Part shown: piece by piece, positions 50,377 to 63,503 of the stretch
Numbering within the stretch: position 1 is the stretch's first letter
Layout: the number at the start of each line of letters is the position of its first letter
DNA from: Chiloscyllium plagiosum
Lineage: Eukaryota
Direction: 5' to 3'
Length of the DNA stretch: 64,000 bases
Assembly (NCBI RefSeq): GCF_004010195.1
Contig: NC_057749.1
Coordinates: 7,213,416 to 7,277,415, forward strand
Position numbers and translations under genes: made by a program
Notes under the pieces: generated by a model
What the model saw: the letters and a program-made list of their open reading frames with translations, nothing else
The model's database searches: none
What the model was told of the DNA's origin: nothing

Positions 50377-52699
50377 AGAAAGACAGACAATGAGGGCATC
50401 CAAACCTGCTTGGAAAGGTTCTAACTGGGAGGTCATCTCCAGGTCACAGACCTAGCTGCTCTTTGTTTTAATATGCTTGCATCAACTTATTCAATGATGT
50501 CATTGCACACCTCTGGAGGAAGTGGGACTTGAAGCTAGGTTGTCAGTTCTAGAGACAGAAACAGAGACACTATCCCTGCACAATTGACCCAGCCCTCACC
50601 AGTTTGGCAAATTCCAGTCAGCCTTTGGCAATAGTCCTCAAACAGCCATTAAACATACTTAATTGGCTACTCACGGCTGGTGGATAGGTAGCCCTGCACC
50701 TTATCCCTTCACAGCAGATCTCCAAGAAAATAACACGAGGGTGGGATGGTATTGGCAAACTATCAATGTGCATCTGCTTAGAATTCCACCAAACAGTCTC
50801 TGTACTCAGCCCCATTAGCACCTAAACATCAGCCCTAAGTTGTTCCATCCTTCAGTCGAGCATCAGCATCAAGTGATTTAAATCAATTGAGAAATCAATT
50901 ACTGCCTCAGAAAAACATGCTCCCTCAAAGGAACATCTCCATCAATCAAAATCCCATTATGCAATGTTGATTTTATCGCTGAATATTAAAGTACATATTC
51001 TTTAGATTTTCCTTAAGCTGATCTTCTGAGTCTGATTAAACAACAACTAATTGAGTCCAATATTATGGCGATAAGATGCTGATGGAGAGTATAAAAGAGT
51101 AGCAACATTAACCGTGAAGCAGCAGAAAGCAATCTTCTTTGTCAGTCTTCCCCATGGGAGAAGGTCACTTATCACAGTACACAAAGTAAAGCTTCACTAT
51201 CAGCCTTGAGTATCTCACCTTAGTAATGCGAAAGACAGGATTAACTTCCATGTATGTCATGGCTTGGCAGGTTGGTAGCAATCTCACCTTGGAACCAGCA
51301 AGCTCTGTCCTGTGTGACGATTCGCACCTACAATTTGGAGGTTACATCATTCAGCAGCAGACATGAAACCAACCTGCCCACTTGCTCTGGCATAGACCAA
51401 GTGGCACAATGCAAGAAACACCACCAGGAATGCGTCAATAATATCTTCTCAAAGTTAACAAAGTCAGGCTCATCTGTCATTTGCCTGACTAGTCTTTGTG
51501 AAATTCTGCTAAACACAATGTGGCTGCCACTTTTTTCAACCTGACTCTTCAAATTCATCCATTGTTTGTGAAGTGTTAGGTGAATTGATGATGCTAAATT
51601 GCCCACCGTGTTCAGGGATGTGTAGAGTAATACAATAAGGGAGTGGGTCTCGGTGGGATACTCTTTGGAGGGTTAGTGTGGACTTGTTGGGCCAGTGTGG
51701 ACTTGTTGGGCTAAATGGCCTGTTTCCACACATCTATGATACTTTTAGATGTTTCTAAGTGCAGAAGTGTGACATTGTTGCAAGTCCATTTTTCCAAAAC
51801 TGTTGTTTTAACTAGATCCATGAGTTCAATGATATATAAATTGTCGAAGGTAACTCAAAGTTAAACATTAATTTCACAGGTTGACCAAACCAAATTTCTT
51901 GGTGGTTCAGAACTTGAATATTGATGAAAAAAGAGAGATACTTTTGAAGCTTTTTATCTTGTGCTCATCAGGATACATGTAAAGATACCAAATTTCAAAG
52001 TGAGCAATAATTTTAATGCATGAGCAAAAACTTGCTGATTGGTTGGCAGGTCAACTCCATTTGGTCAAGGTGTTGTTATGAAGAATGTACCGGGCAACTC
52101 CAGTCCCCTAAGCTTTGTTTAATTCAATGAAAGGAATTAATGCCTTTTTTCAGCCTAACCCTAACCCTGTATTTTTGAAAAGCTTACAATAGGCTGTTTC
52201 TGGCAGCAAGATGCTTTGACATCACACTTGGCATTTCTAATTCAATACACAAGATGTAACCGCGTGGCATTTTGCAAGAATATGAAAGCTTGAAACGGCC
52301 CTGAAATAGTTCATACCCTTCCACCCAAATGGCCAATTCAGTCTAAATCCACATAATACCAACAGCAAGTAAGTGCATTCAAAACAGAATTTCAAGAGTC
52401 AGTAGGCTTTATAAGGTATGTAAAATATTGATGTAAAAAATTCTGACAACCGAGGCGCTGAAGGGAAAATGAAAGAACAATAAAACCGCAGATTTTATTT
52501 AGAAGATGCACAACCAAAGTAAATCAATGAGGTGTCACATCTTATATCTGAAGAAAGCTCTGAAATAAGAGAATTGTGGCTGGAGGTTTCTGAGGGACAT
52601 GTTAGTTCATGTACCCCATGGCTTTATAATAGTACAAAAAATGATGGCCTCTGACTGTTCCTGCTTTGTTGGGCAAGGTGGACCTCATCCTACTGGAAA

Positions 52700-52869
52700 C
52701 AAAAAAATGCTGGAAAGCACAGTGGGTCAGGCAGCATCCATGGAAAGACAGCTCATGTTTTGAGTCCAGATGACTCTTCATCAGATGTGATGTGGAGTGT
52801 GGAGGGAGCAGCATTTATGCAATAGTGGAGGGCTGGGGAGAAAGACTTTGTCTTATCATCTGCATCAAG
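52700..52869 (-). mobile_element. PLE terminal fragment
   Basis: Reverse CTGATGAagagtcatctggactc motif; TSD ctactggaaa. Confidence 0.7.
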
Positions 52870-53584
52870 CTACTGGAAAATAACAGGTAGTTACACTGGT
52901 AATTATTCACTAAACATCAGCAGAAAATGGGCAACACGTGAAAATGCTCATGCCCCATGAGGAATTTACCCATTATCATTTCTCAATATGGATAATCAGG
53001 AATCTCATTACTTACGTGCATGTGTTGGCAAGATACGGGAAGAAGCATGCCCTTGCTGAAATTACGACTGTTAAACAAAAAGTTAGCAACACGTTATTGA
53101 ACATCGGCTGTATACTGCAAACAGCCTCAAAGTCCTGTGCTGGAGAATGAGAAGTTGGCTAGTGCTCCAAACATGCATGCAAGACACTTTGAGGTGCAAA
53201 TGCTTACTCAAAACATATTTCATGTTCAAATGGCCCAGCTAACATCCATGATCTAAAAGCAACAACAACTTGTACTCCATAGTCTCTTTAATAGGCTATT
53301 AAACACCCTGAAGACTCCCAGGGTGTTTCACGTGAGCACAGTCCAACAATGTTTGACAATGAGATGATAGCATAGTGATATTGTCATAGCTGCTTGTAAG
53401 CCAAAGATCCAAGCTGTTGCTAGTAGAAACAAAAAACAGTCTCAGCAATGACAACAATGACCAATTGTTGCAAGAACCCATCCGGTTCACTAATGTCCTC
53501 TTGAGAAGGAAATCTGCCATCCTTACCTGGTCTGGCCTCCATGTGATTCCAGATGCATAACAACGTACTAGACCCTTAACCCCT

Positions 53585-54295
53585 AGATGTAGGTTTGCTC
53601 GCTGAGCTGGGAGATTCATTTTCAGATGTTTCATCACCATACTAGGTAATTTTCGCAAGGTTTGTGAAGGTTTGCAGCTCAGATTGAGGTTTAGGGTGTA
53701 GGTTTGCTTGCTAAGCTAGCCAGGTAATGAAACGTCTGGATATCAAACCTACAGCTCAGTGAGCAACCTACACCTGATACTAGGTAATATCTTCAGTGAG
53801 CCTCCGGCTGAAGCAGTGGTGGTGAAGCCCGCTTTCTATTTATATGTTTGGGTTTTCTCGGGTCGGTGATGTCATTTCCTTTGGTGGTGTCATTTCCGAT
53901 TGTGATGTCACTTCCGGTTCTTTTTCTTGGGGGTGGTAAATGGGATCCAAGTCAATGTATTTGTTGATAGAGTTCCTGTTGGAATGCCATGCTTCTAGGA
54001 ATTTTCATGCATGTCTCTGGCTCGTCCTAGGATGGATGAGTTGTCCCAGTCAAAGTGGTATCCTTTCTCATCCGTATGTAAGGATACTAGTGAGGGTGGG
54101 TCATGTCTTTTTGTGGCTAGTTGATGTTCATGTATCCTGCTGGCTGGTTTTCTGCCCGTTTGTCCGATGTAGTGTTTGTCACAGTTCTTGCAAAGTATTT
54201 TGTAAATGACATTAGTTTTGCTTGTTGTCTGTATTGGGTCTTTCAAGTTCATTAGCTGCTGTTTTAGTATGTTGGTGGGTTTGTGGGCTATCATA
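53585..54295 (-). mobile_element. Penelope/Poseidon-type retroelement 3' part (GIY-YIG endonuclease pseudogene)
   Basis: NVIYKILCKNCDKHYIGQTGRKPASRIHEH; TSD cttaacccct (53575-53584, 54299-54308); inserted in a family C SINE. Confidence 0.92.
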
Positions 54296-54527
54296 ACTCT
54301 TAACCCCTTTCTGAAATGGTCCAAGCAACCATTAAGTTCAAGAGCAATTGGAGGTCGGCAGGAATTGCTGAGCTGGCCAGAAGCACCCACAACCAGTGAG
54401 ATCATAAAGAAAAAAGAAACATTAGGAGCTATTGAGGCAGGTGATAAAAAGCTTGGTCAAGGAGGAAGATATAAGGAGTAACGTAAAGACTGAAAATCAC
54501 TTGTTTCCAAGACAGTGCGTAACAATC

Positions 54528-54750
54528 ATAGAATCATTCAATCCCTACAATGTGGAAACAGGCCCTTCAGCCCAACAAGTCCACACCAATCCTCCGAAGA
54601 GCAACCCACCCAGACCGACACCCGCACCCCACTATCCTATACTTGCCCCTGAATAATACACCTAAGCTACACATCCCTGGACACTATGAGCAATTTAGCA
54701 TGACCAATTCACCTAACCTGCACATCTTTGGACTGTGGGAGGAAACCAGA
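54528..54750 (-). mobile_element. HE1 SINE 3' part
   Basis: Matches other HE1 copies. Confidence 0.8.
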
Positions 54751-54876
54751 GCTCTGGTTCTTCTCAAGAAAATTTCACAATGGAACAAGCTGCTAAAGGA
54801 TATAGTCACAGTTCCACTTGAAATCTTCAAGACTCACTTTTTGATTATTTTATTAGTATTTCCTTTATCAAGTTAG

Positions 54877-55100
54877 GAGTCAGCTAGCTCGGTTGGCTGG
54901 ATGGTTGGTTTATAATGCAATGTGATACCAATAGCGTGAGTCCAGTTCCTGCACCGGCTGAGGTTACCATGAAGGATTCTTTTTTCTAAACGTCTCCCCC
55001 CACCTGAGGCATGGTGACTGTCAGGTTTAAACCACTACCAGTCACCTCTCTGAATAAGAGAGCTGCTCCATGATTTGGTAAGACTATGGTGACTTTAACT
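54877..55100 (+). mobile_element. Family B SINE, uninterrupted copy
   Basis: tagctcggttggctgg head through ggtaagactatggtgacttta tail. Confidence 0.75.
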
Positions 55101-55236
55101 TATCAGAACTACTACATCAGCAGGTTGAAATCCTTAGTTTTAACTTTTCAACAACCCTAATTCCACCAACACCATACTTTCTCCAATGTCCATCCAAAAT
55201 AGGAAGATAAGGAGGTGGTTTATGAGGTTAACTAGT

Positions 55237-55445
55237 GATTAGATTAGATTAGATTGCTTACAGTGTGGAAACAGGTCCTTCGGCCCAACAAGTCCACATC
55301 GACCCTCTGAAGAGTAACCCACCCAGACCCATTTCCCTCTGACTAATGCACCTAATACTATGGGCAATTTAGCATGGCCAATTCACCCGACCTGTACATC
55401 TTTGTGACTGTGTGAGGAAACCAGAGCACCCTGAGGAAATCCACA
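55237..55445 (-). mobile_element. HE1 SINE 3' part
   Basis: (gatta)n tail and core. Confidence 0.85.
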
Positions 55446-55605
55446 ATACTCCATAGTATTTGACACAGCTGACAGAGTCAAAGTCCTTAATGAGGTTAAG
55501 GAAGACTAGGTTTCGATATTGCTGCTGCTCTGGGCATTTTTCTTGGACTTGCTCAGTTGTAAAGGTCATGGTCACTGTGTATCTTGATGGGAAGAAGTGA
55601 CTCAG
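55446..55605 (-). mobile_element. RTE/BovB-like LINE RT fragment
   Basis: TVTMTFTTEQVQEKCPEQQQYRNLVFLNLIKDFDSVS resembles the RTE RT motif QLQEKCREQ...FIDLTKAFDSV. Confidence 0.65.
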
Positions 55606-55609
55606 GAGT

Positions 55610-56350
55610 TCACCAACACCGCTCCCACCCCCACCCCTCACCTCCATCCAAGGCCCCAAAAGAGCACTCCACATCCATCAGAGATTTACCAACACTTCCA
55701 CACACATCATCTATTATAACCGTTGCTCCCGATGTGGTCTCCTCTACATTGGAGAGACAGGATGCCTACTTGCGGAACATTTCAGAGAACATCTTTGGGA
55801 CACATGCACTAAACAACCCCACTGCCCCGTGGCCGAACACTTTAACTGCCCCTCCACTCCGCCAAGGACATGCAGGTCCTGTGCCTCCTCCACCGCCAAA
55901 CCCTTACCACCTGATGCCTGGAGGAAGAACACCTCATCTTCCACCTTGGGAATCTCCAGCCACATGGGATCAATGTGGATTTCCCCAGTTTCCTCATTTC
56001 CCCTCCCACCACCTTATCCCAGATCAAACCTTCCAACTTGGCAATGCCCTCTCGATCTGTCCTACCTACCCATCTTCCTTCCCAACTAACCGTTCCACCC
56101 TCCTCTCTGACCTATCAACTTCACCCCCAATGTCACCTACCTATTGCATTCCCAGCTACCTTCCCCCCAGCCCCACTTCCCTCCCATTTATCTCTCAGTC
56201 CCCTTGGGCCACCCCCTCATTCCTGATGAAGAGCTTACGCTTGAAACATCAATTCTCCTGCTTCCTCGGATGCTGCCTGACCAGCTGTGCTTTTCCAGCA
56301 CCACACTCTTCGACTCTGATCTCCAGCATCTGCAGTCCTCACTTTCTCCC
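55610..56350 (+). mobile_element. Penelope-like element 3' part (GIY-YIG pseudogene plus terminal repeat)
   Basis: Frame reading IYYNRCSRCGLLYIGETGCLLAEHFREH...PVAEHFN; hammerhead remnant at ~56223-56250. Confidence 0.9.
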
Positions 56351-56369
56351 TGTCCTGATCAGCTGAGCA

Positions 56370-56716
56370 GATGGAGAGGTGATGACCTCGTGGTCTAACC
56401 ACTGGACTATTAATCCAAAGACCCAGCAAATGTTCTGGGATCCTGGGTTTGAATCTGCCATGGTAGATCATAGAATTTGATTTCAATACAAATCTGGAAT
56501 TAAGGATCTAACCATGACTGTTGTTGATTGTTGAGAAAAACCTAACTGTTCCAGTCATGTCTTTTAGGAAAAAAAAACTGCCATCCTTACCCAGTCTAGC
56601 CTACATATGACTCCAGACTCACAGCAATGTGGTTGACTCTTAACTGATTTCTGGCCAATTAGGGATGGGCAATAAATGCTGGCCTGGCCAGTGATGCACT
56701 CAACCCATGAATGAAC
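56370..56716 (+). mobile_element. Family C (DeuSINE-like) SINE
   Basis: tRNA-like head, ctgccatccttacc...gactccagac core, caataaatgctggcc tail. Confidence 0.75.
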
Positions 56717-58103
56717 AATACAAAAAAAGATGGGAACCTCAAGAAAGCAATGCGACCCTCTGTTGAACATACAAATGAGGCTGAACGTCTATCCCAGGCA
56801 GCTGACAGCAACTCTGAACATCTGCACAACCTGCAGGAGGGTCAGATATCTACTCGGAGGACCCTCGCCCACCCTAGTCTGCACCAATTTCATGCAGAGA
56901 AACTTCAAACAGAAGGCATTCGAGGAAAAGAAAGCTTTACACATCGTTACCCTCTCAGCAAGCTCTTCACCTTTGAAGTAGACGAGAATTTATTAACTAC
57001 TAGGAACTTCCATTGGGCCCATATGACTGCGCTCTCTCCTTATTTCATGCAGTGTCAATCATTGCCTGTCTAACTTCAAGAGCTGCGAGTTAACAGCACT
57101 GTCTCTGACCTGATCTGACAGCAGGGAGATTTATTTTTAAAAATCCACTGAATGCACCTGACCATTATACTATATTTTGAGATCATTCTGTCTAGTGCTG
57201 GTGCTTCTGGGTAGATGTTTTTCTTTTATTCTTTGTGTTGTTTGCTTGGCTTTCCCGTGGAATTTTGCTATCAGTTCAGAGAAGGGACTTTGGACCTTAT
57301 CCATATGGATATATGATATAAACAGCATACAGGCAGGAGTACTGAAAACAAGAGAAGATCTCCAGCCAGACAGATTCTTCAGCACTCCCAGAGTGTGTTG
57401 GGGTGTTTAAATGAGCAACTAACTTTCATTAAACCAGTGCTCCAAGAAACTCACTCAGCACTGACTTCTCTACTTAAGTATGTACAGAGAAGCAGTAGGT
57501 GTTGGAGGAAGAAGAAAATTGTTCTGACTATCTTCTCAGAGGCTTGAAATTCTGCAGCTCTTGATGTTGCATATTCTTTTGTGCGTTGGTCCTAAGTTTG
57601 CTGGAAAATAAAGGCAACTCCATGCGCATTCCATTATTATTGTGTATAATTGGCCAGTTTATTCAGGCATAGGAGGGATATGTCATTTGTTTGTGCATTG
57701 CTATATCTTGCTGAATGACTTATACCATTTCCAGTTCGTAACTCAATGAATACAACAAGGCATGATCTATGCTACTTAGGCACAGAGACTAAGAGGTCCC
57801 AGTTAGATACCTGGTTTGTTTTAAGTTATTGGACTCAGGAAAGAAATGTTGTTTGCTTTTATGTAAAAGCTTTCATGATTGCAAGATGCGCCAAAGTGCT
57901 TTACAACTAATGAGCTGCAGTCCTGAAATGCATTGACTGTTGTAGGAACCATCGAGGCTAACTTATACACAGAAAGATCCCATAAAACAACTGTTTTGAT
58001 CCAGTCGTGAACCGTTAGCTTTTTAAAAATATTCAACACTTTGTTTTAATGAATAGAGCTAAAACACAATATTTCACTTCTTCATAAAAAAAATTGTAAA
58101 TAA

Positions 58104-58268
58104 AAGATAATGTTCATTAGAATTCAATTGCACTTAAATTACAGATGGCTTGTGCTTCTGCTTTCAGCTGTGGGAATCCTTTGTGATACCTATAGAGCTC
58201 TTCAGACAAATGCAATCAGTTCATCCACAATACAGTGATTACTTTACAATAATTTATTGAAAGTAACT
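58104..58268 (-). repeat. Inverted local duplicate of 59674-59834, flanked by a 13-bp direct repeat
   Basis: About 90% identity over ~160 bp by manual alignment; aaattgtaaataa at 58091-58103 and 58269-58281. Confidence 0.9.
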
Positions 58269-59202
58269 AAATTGTAAATAAGGAACAAAACATGCACTGG
58301 TAATCTATTAATATGGTTAATAACTATATTTTGCACAGTAAGGTACATTTATCATTTATTTTAGCTGAATTTTCTAAGCAAACTATAAACCATGCAATAG
58401 CCAAATCACAAGTAAAGCTTCTCCCAACAAACACCCATATAAATTGAAACTAGAGAGTTTTTCTAAGCTCCACCCATCTCCATGACAACACAATATGCTC
58501 TGGGCTGACTTTCAGGTTAATTATCCCCCACTTATAATTTCTTCTTTGATCCGATGAAGTCAAAAGTCTTCATAACCTTTCAGGATTTACTGTCTTTACC
58601 TCACAAAAGAAAAAAAAAATCGGCGTACTATATTTATTTGCATGTATAGAACATGCCACATCTCTGATTCTTGAGCTAAGGAAACTCTCCTGCTCTTTCA
58701 TAGCTCTATCTTTCGGTAAACCTCTCAGTCCAAATGTTTAAGAATTATGAGTTCCAAGTTTGCTTTCATTGCAGTCTCGACATGGTTAATTCCTAAAACT
58801 AGGTTTATGCTAAACACTTGAATCCTGCCTGAGGTATTCATAACAAAGCAATGAGCAAACGATCTTTCTTTTTGAAATTATTGAGGTATTAAACGGGATA
58901 TCGAGGGGAGAATATTTGGCGCTTTGAAATATAGTCCACAAAGATGTTTTTCATTTTTTCTGGGAGGTAGACTTTGAAATAGTGTCATGAAATCTTTTAC
59001 ATACATTTGAGGTGATAGATGGGCCTTGACGTGAGGCCTGATCCAGGAGACAACATCTTTAACAGAGTAGCACTCCCTCGGGACTGCACCACGTCTTAGG
59101 GGTTTTGCTGCTCAAGTGTCAAGAAGTGGGTCTTAGAGCCATGATCTTCAGTTTCAGAGGTGAGAGTGCTACCCATTAAGTCATAGCAAACAATGGAGGA
59201 AC

Positions 59203-59265
59203 GTACAAAGTTAAGAATCACCCAACTTTGTACACCCCAGTCCAGCACCGACATCTTCAAATCAT
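59203..59265. mobile_element. Very short fold-back PLE insertion
   Basis: gtacaaagtt...aactttgtac then PLE terminus; flanked by aatggaggaa repeats. Confidence 0.7.
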
Positions 59266-60069
59266 GACTATAATGGAGGAATGGTTCGAGTTTCGCAATG
59301 GCAACTGGGAGAGTTGGAATCCAGTTACATGTCTGGAATTGAAAACTAGTTTCAATAATGGTGACCACCGCTCATTATCAAAGTCTATTTGCCCTTTGGA
59401 GAGTAAATCTGCCATCTTTCCCCAGTCCGGACTACATGTGACTCCAGACCCATAGCAATGCTGTTGACTCTTAACCACCCTCTGAAATGGCTCATCTATT
59501 CAATTAGGGATGGGTCACAAATTCTGGCCTTGCCCACTGATGCCCATATCCTATGAAAGGATTTATTACAAAAGTGAGGGGGGGAGGGGAGCGGGGTCAG
59601 TGTGGGGCTGTGAGCTCTCCTTTAAGCAGATGAGAAACGTTAGCTCTCAGGTTGCCACCAACATTATTCAAACACTTGCAATAAATTGTCGTAAAATAAC
59701 CACTGTACTGTGGATGAACTGATTGCATTTTTCTGAAGGGCTCAATAGGTATCGCAAAGGATTCCCACAGCTGAAAGCAGTAGCACAAGCCATCTGTAAT
59801 TTAAGTACAATTGAATTCTAACCAACATCGTCTTCTTAAAATTAAGCTAATCTGATTGGGTGTCTCTGGCCTGCTTCAATTGTTTTCCACTGCAGTGAGA
59901 ATTCCAATAAACACATACTCCCTCCACAATTTATCAGCTTTGAATTGAATGAGCTCAAGGTGTTGATAGGCCTAATGTGGTGCATTCATTTGCTTCAAGT
60001 CAATGAAACTATCTGACAACCACAAACCTAAATTACCTCATCTCTCTGGAGCCTGCCTTAGTTGCTCTT

Positions 60070-60315
60070 GTTTTCTCTCACACACAAATACACAGATCTC
60101 CATTTTTCATGCCTTCTCTTTCTCTCTTGCTTGTACACACGTCTCCATCTCACTCTCTCACACCCAAATCTTCTGCGTTCACATATAGAACCATTCCTGA
60201 CTCTCTATTTCACACGTATAGATCCCTTCATCTCTCTCTTTTCATATATATACCTCCATCTCACTCACTCATCTCCTTCCCTGACTCCTTTTCACATATA
60301 ACATTAAGCTGTCTT

Positions 60316-60350
<35 letters not shown>

Positions 60351-60497
60351 TACACATGCCAATCCATACCCTCATCTCTTTCTCATTCATATACACATCT
60401 CCATCTCAGATCCTCTAACACACCTCCTTCCCTGTCTCTCTTTTACACACACACACACCCACACCCACACAGACACACACACCCACATACACACATA
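60070..60497. repeat. Degenerate (CT)n/(CA)n low-complexity tract
   Basis: G-poor plus strand with pure (CT)n and (CA)n runs. Confidence 0.9.
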
Positions 60498-60703
60498 ATG
60501 TTCTGGGGACCACTTTCGAAATCAACTTGACATGATGGGTCTAATGGTGACCATGAATCCATTATCAACTGTTGGAAAAAAACCCATTTGGTTCACTAAT
60601 ATCCTTCAGATAAGGAATCTGCCATTGTTACCTGGTCTGGCCGCCATGTGACTTCACACTCACAGCAATATGGCTGACTCTCAACTGCCCTCTGCGGAAT
60701 TAG

Positions 60704-61012
60704 GATTAGATTAGATTACTTACAGTGTGGAAACAGGCCCTTCGGCCCAACAAGGCCACACCGCCCCGCCGAAGCGCAACCCACCCATACATTTACCCCT
60801 TACCTAACACTACGGGCAATTTAGCATGGCCAATTCACCTGACCCCTGCACATTTTTGGACTGTGGGAGGAAACCGGAGCACCCGGAGGAAACCCACGCA
60901 GACACGGGGAGAACGTGCAAACTCCACACAGTCAGTCGCCTGAGGCGGGAATTGAACCCGGGTCTCTGGCGCTGTGAGGCAGCAGTGCTAACCACTGTGC
61001 CACCGTGCCACC
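60704..61012 (-). mobile_element. Young HE1 V-SINE inserted in a family C SINE
   Basis: Full length, CpG-rich; host SINE 60495-60695 resumes at 61016. Confidence 0.92.
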
Positions 61013-62510
61013 CACAGGGATGGGCAATAAATGCTGGCCTAGCCAGTAAGACCCTCATCCCATCAATGAATATATAAGATATACATCAAGCTTATTTACA
61101 CAAAGCTCAACTTCCCAAAAAAAAATGAAGAAAGATATTTTTCTCCTCCTGAAATAAGTATTCCGTTCAGAATACATTTGTGATATTGAAAATATTTTGT
61201 TTTGGTCCCCGATTTTTGAGGTTGTAAAAATCCACATGCCAAGGATATCACCAGCTTTTTGGATGAAGCTATCATGAAACCTGAATGAATAATGATGAAG
61301 GACTCCGTATCAGGAGCTGAATAATCTATTCACTTCTCCGCCATTTGATGAGATCCTGGTTGATCTGATTGTGGCCTCAGTTCCACTTTCCCGCTGACCC
61401 CTCCATAACGCTTTGATTCTTTTGTCAATTAATAAGATATCTCATTTAGCCTTAAGCATATTTGCTAGCCCAGCCTCCACCAACTTCTGGGAATAAAGAA
61501 TTCTACAGGCGAGCACCCTCTCAGAGAGAAATTCTCCTCACTTCCAGTTACAAAGAAGAGATGCCTTGTTTTCAGTTGTGTCCACTGGGCTCTTTTGTAT
61601 GATGAAACCTCCCTTTAGTGTCCATCCTGTCATGCCTCTCAGAATCTTAAATAGAATCAGAGTATCCCAACAATGGCAGGCCATTCAGCTCATTGAGTTC
61701 ACACTGACCCTCTGAGGAGCAGCCCACACAGACCCGCTCCCACATCAAATAAACATCTGTGAACTCTTCCCAATGCTATGATATCCTCCCTCAAGTAAGG
61801 AGGCCAACATCATATATAGGAACCACATGGTTAGATCACTGGACAGCTGGCTATGCCTAATGACACTATAAGCACTGGAACAATTCCTGTATCAGCAAAT
61901 GTTGTTATGAAGGCCTTGCCTTCTCAAATGGACTCTGTGTCTGAAGTAGGTGTGACCCCCAGGCTAAATTTGTCACCCATGGTCTATAGGACAAAGGCAA
62001 TTTTCACTTCATATAATGGTCTTACCAACACCTTTTACAACTGTTTCATTTTTCTTGTTCTGCAGTTATTGAAAACCTTAACAACTGATGCCTTGGCAAC
62101 ACACTAAGACAAGAAAAACACAATGGAAACATGGTGTTGTATTTTCCAAAATCAAACAAGCCTTTGGGTGTTTGTTTTATAATTTTGAAGCTGCAGAATG
62201 AACAGCAAAGAAATAAGCCATTCAGTCAACGCCACTGCCTCTGCTCCATACAAGTCCCTTCTCATCCATTGGATGCAATGTCCTCCCCGTGGGAGCAGTG
62301 AATACAGTAAGGAGGACAAATAATCGTGCACAGTGATCCTGGAGAGATACCATCTCAATTTACATCACTTCATCAATCAGCAAGAAGGTCCACAGGGGTC
62401 TTTTTCAACTCATCCACGGTTAAGACCCTTAAGCCATCGATTAATGATCACTTAAAGATGCTAACTCATCACATCCCAATGTCATCCCTTCTTGGTAGTG
62501 CGAGTTGAGC

Positions 62511-62750
62511 CATAGAGTCATACAGCACTGAAACAGACCCTTCGGTCCCAATTCGTCCATGCTGACCAAGTTTCCCAAACTAAACTAGTCCCACCCGTGT
62601 CTGTGTTTGGTCCATATCCCTCTAAACCTTTCCTAAACACCTATGTACCTGTCCAAAGGTCATAGACTCATAGAGTCATAGAGATGTACAGCTCAGAAAC
62701 ATACCCTTCGGTCCATCTCGTTCACTGTACCTGCACCTACCACTTCCTAT
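62511..62750 (-). mobile_element. Two tandem CR1 3' tails
   Basis: catagagtcata...gaaacagacccttcggtcc occurs at 62511 and 62670. Confidence 0.75.
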
Positions 62751-63318
62751 GATTAAAAAAAGACTACCAGAAGCTGATAAGCCATCTTCTCAAAGAAAAT
62801 AATAACAATGGCTAGCAATGCCTATAAATAGACTTTTCGTTCTACAGAACTTGAATATTGCAGTAGAAAAGACACATTCTACCAAAACGTTTTGTCAGCG
62901 TGACCTGCTCGTCAGCTTTGGGGGTTCATTTGCCCCACTCAGTGACAGGGATGGAGGGGAAAATGTGCAGATGCTGAAAGCTATGGCCTGTTCTTGCCTC
63001 CCAATTCACTGACCCCCTCCCTCAGACTCACAGGCCATGATACCTGAAAGAAAACAGCATCGTGGTGTTGGTTCTCCTAAAGACTTGGCTTCCGGTGATT
63101 TCTACCACTCAGAAGCTGCGGGCTTTCCATTGTTCAGCAATTGTTGAGTGAGACAGGACATCAGAGGCGAGGCCTGTGATTGACCTCGAAATTCACTGTC
63201 AGTTCTTACTTGCTGTCCATGAGGGTGAAGGAGAGAGGGGAGAGTTGACACCTCCTGGCCCCCGACACTTAGACTGCAACATGGAAATGTGTATGTTCAT
63301 CTAGCTTCCTCTAAAATG

Positions 63319-63503
63319 TTAAAAATTCATACAACATCAGATTATAGTCCAACAGGTTTATTTGGAAGCACTAGCTTTCAGAGCGCCGCTCCTTCATCAG
63401 CTGGTTGAACTAATGTTTCCAATTAAACCTGTTGGACTATAATCTGGTGTTGTGTGATTTTTAACTTTGTACACCCCAGTCCAACACCTGTTCCTCCACA
63501 TCA
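63319..63503. mobile_element. Fold-back PLE insertion with minus-strand hammerhead motif
   Basis: Inverted arms; minus strand CTGATGA-a-ggagcggcgctct-GAAAG-CTA; TSD ttcctctaaaatg/ttcctcgaaaatg. Confidence 0.85.

Noticed and set aside
55584..56366. Longest ORF (260 aa, Pro-rich)
   Set aside because: Off-frame reading of a C-rich Penelope element; the GIY-YIG motif is in another frame
56711..57073. 120-aa ORF in unique DNA
   Set aside because: Starts in a SINE tail, no recognisable domain or convincing splice sites
60003..60498. Overlapping Ser/His/Leu/Thr-rich ORFs
   Set aside because: Result of CT/CA low complexity
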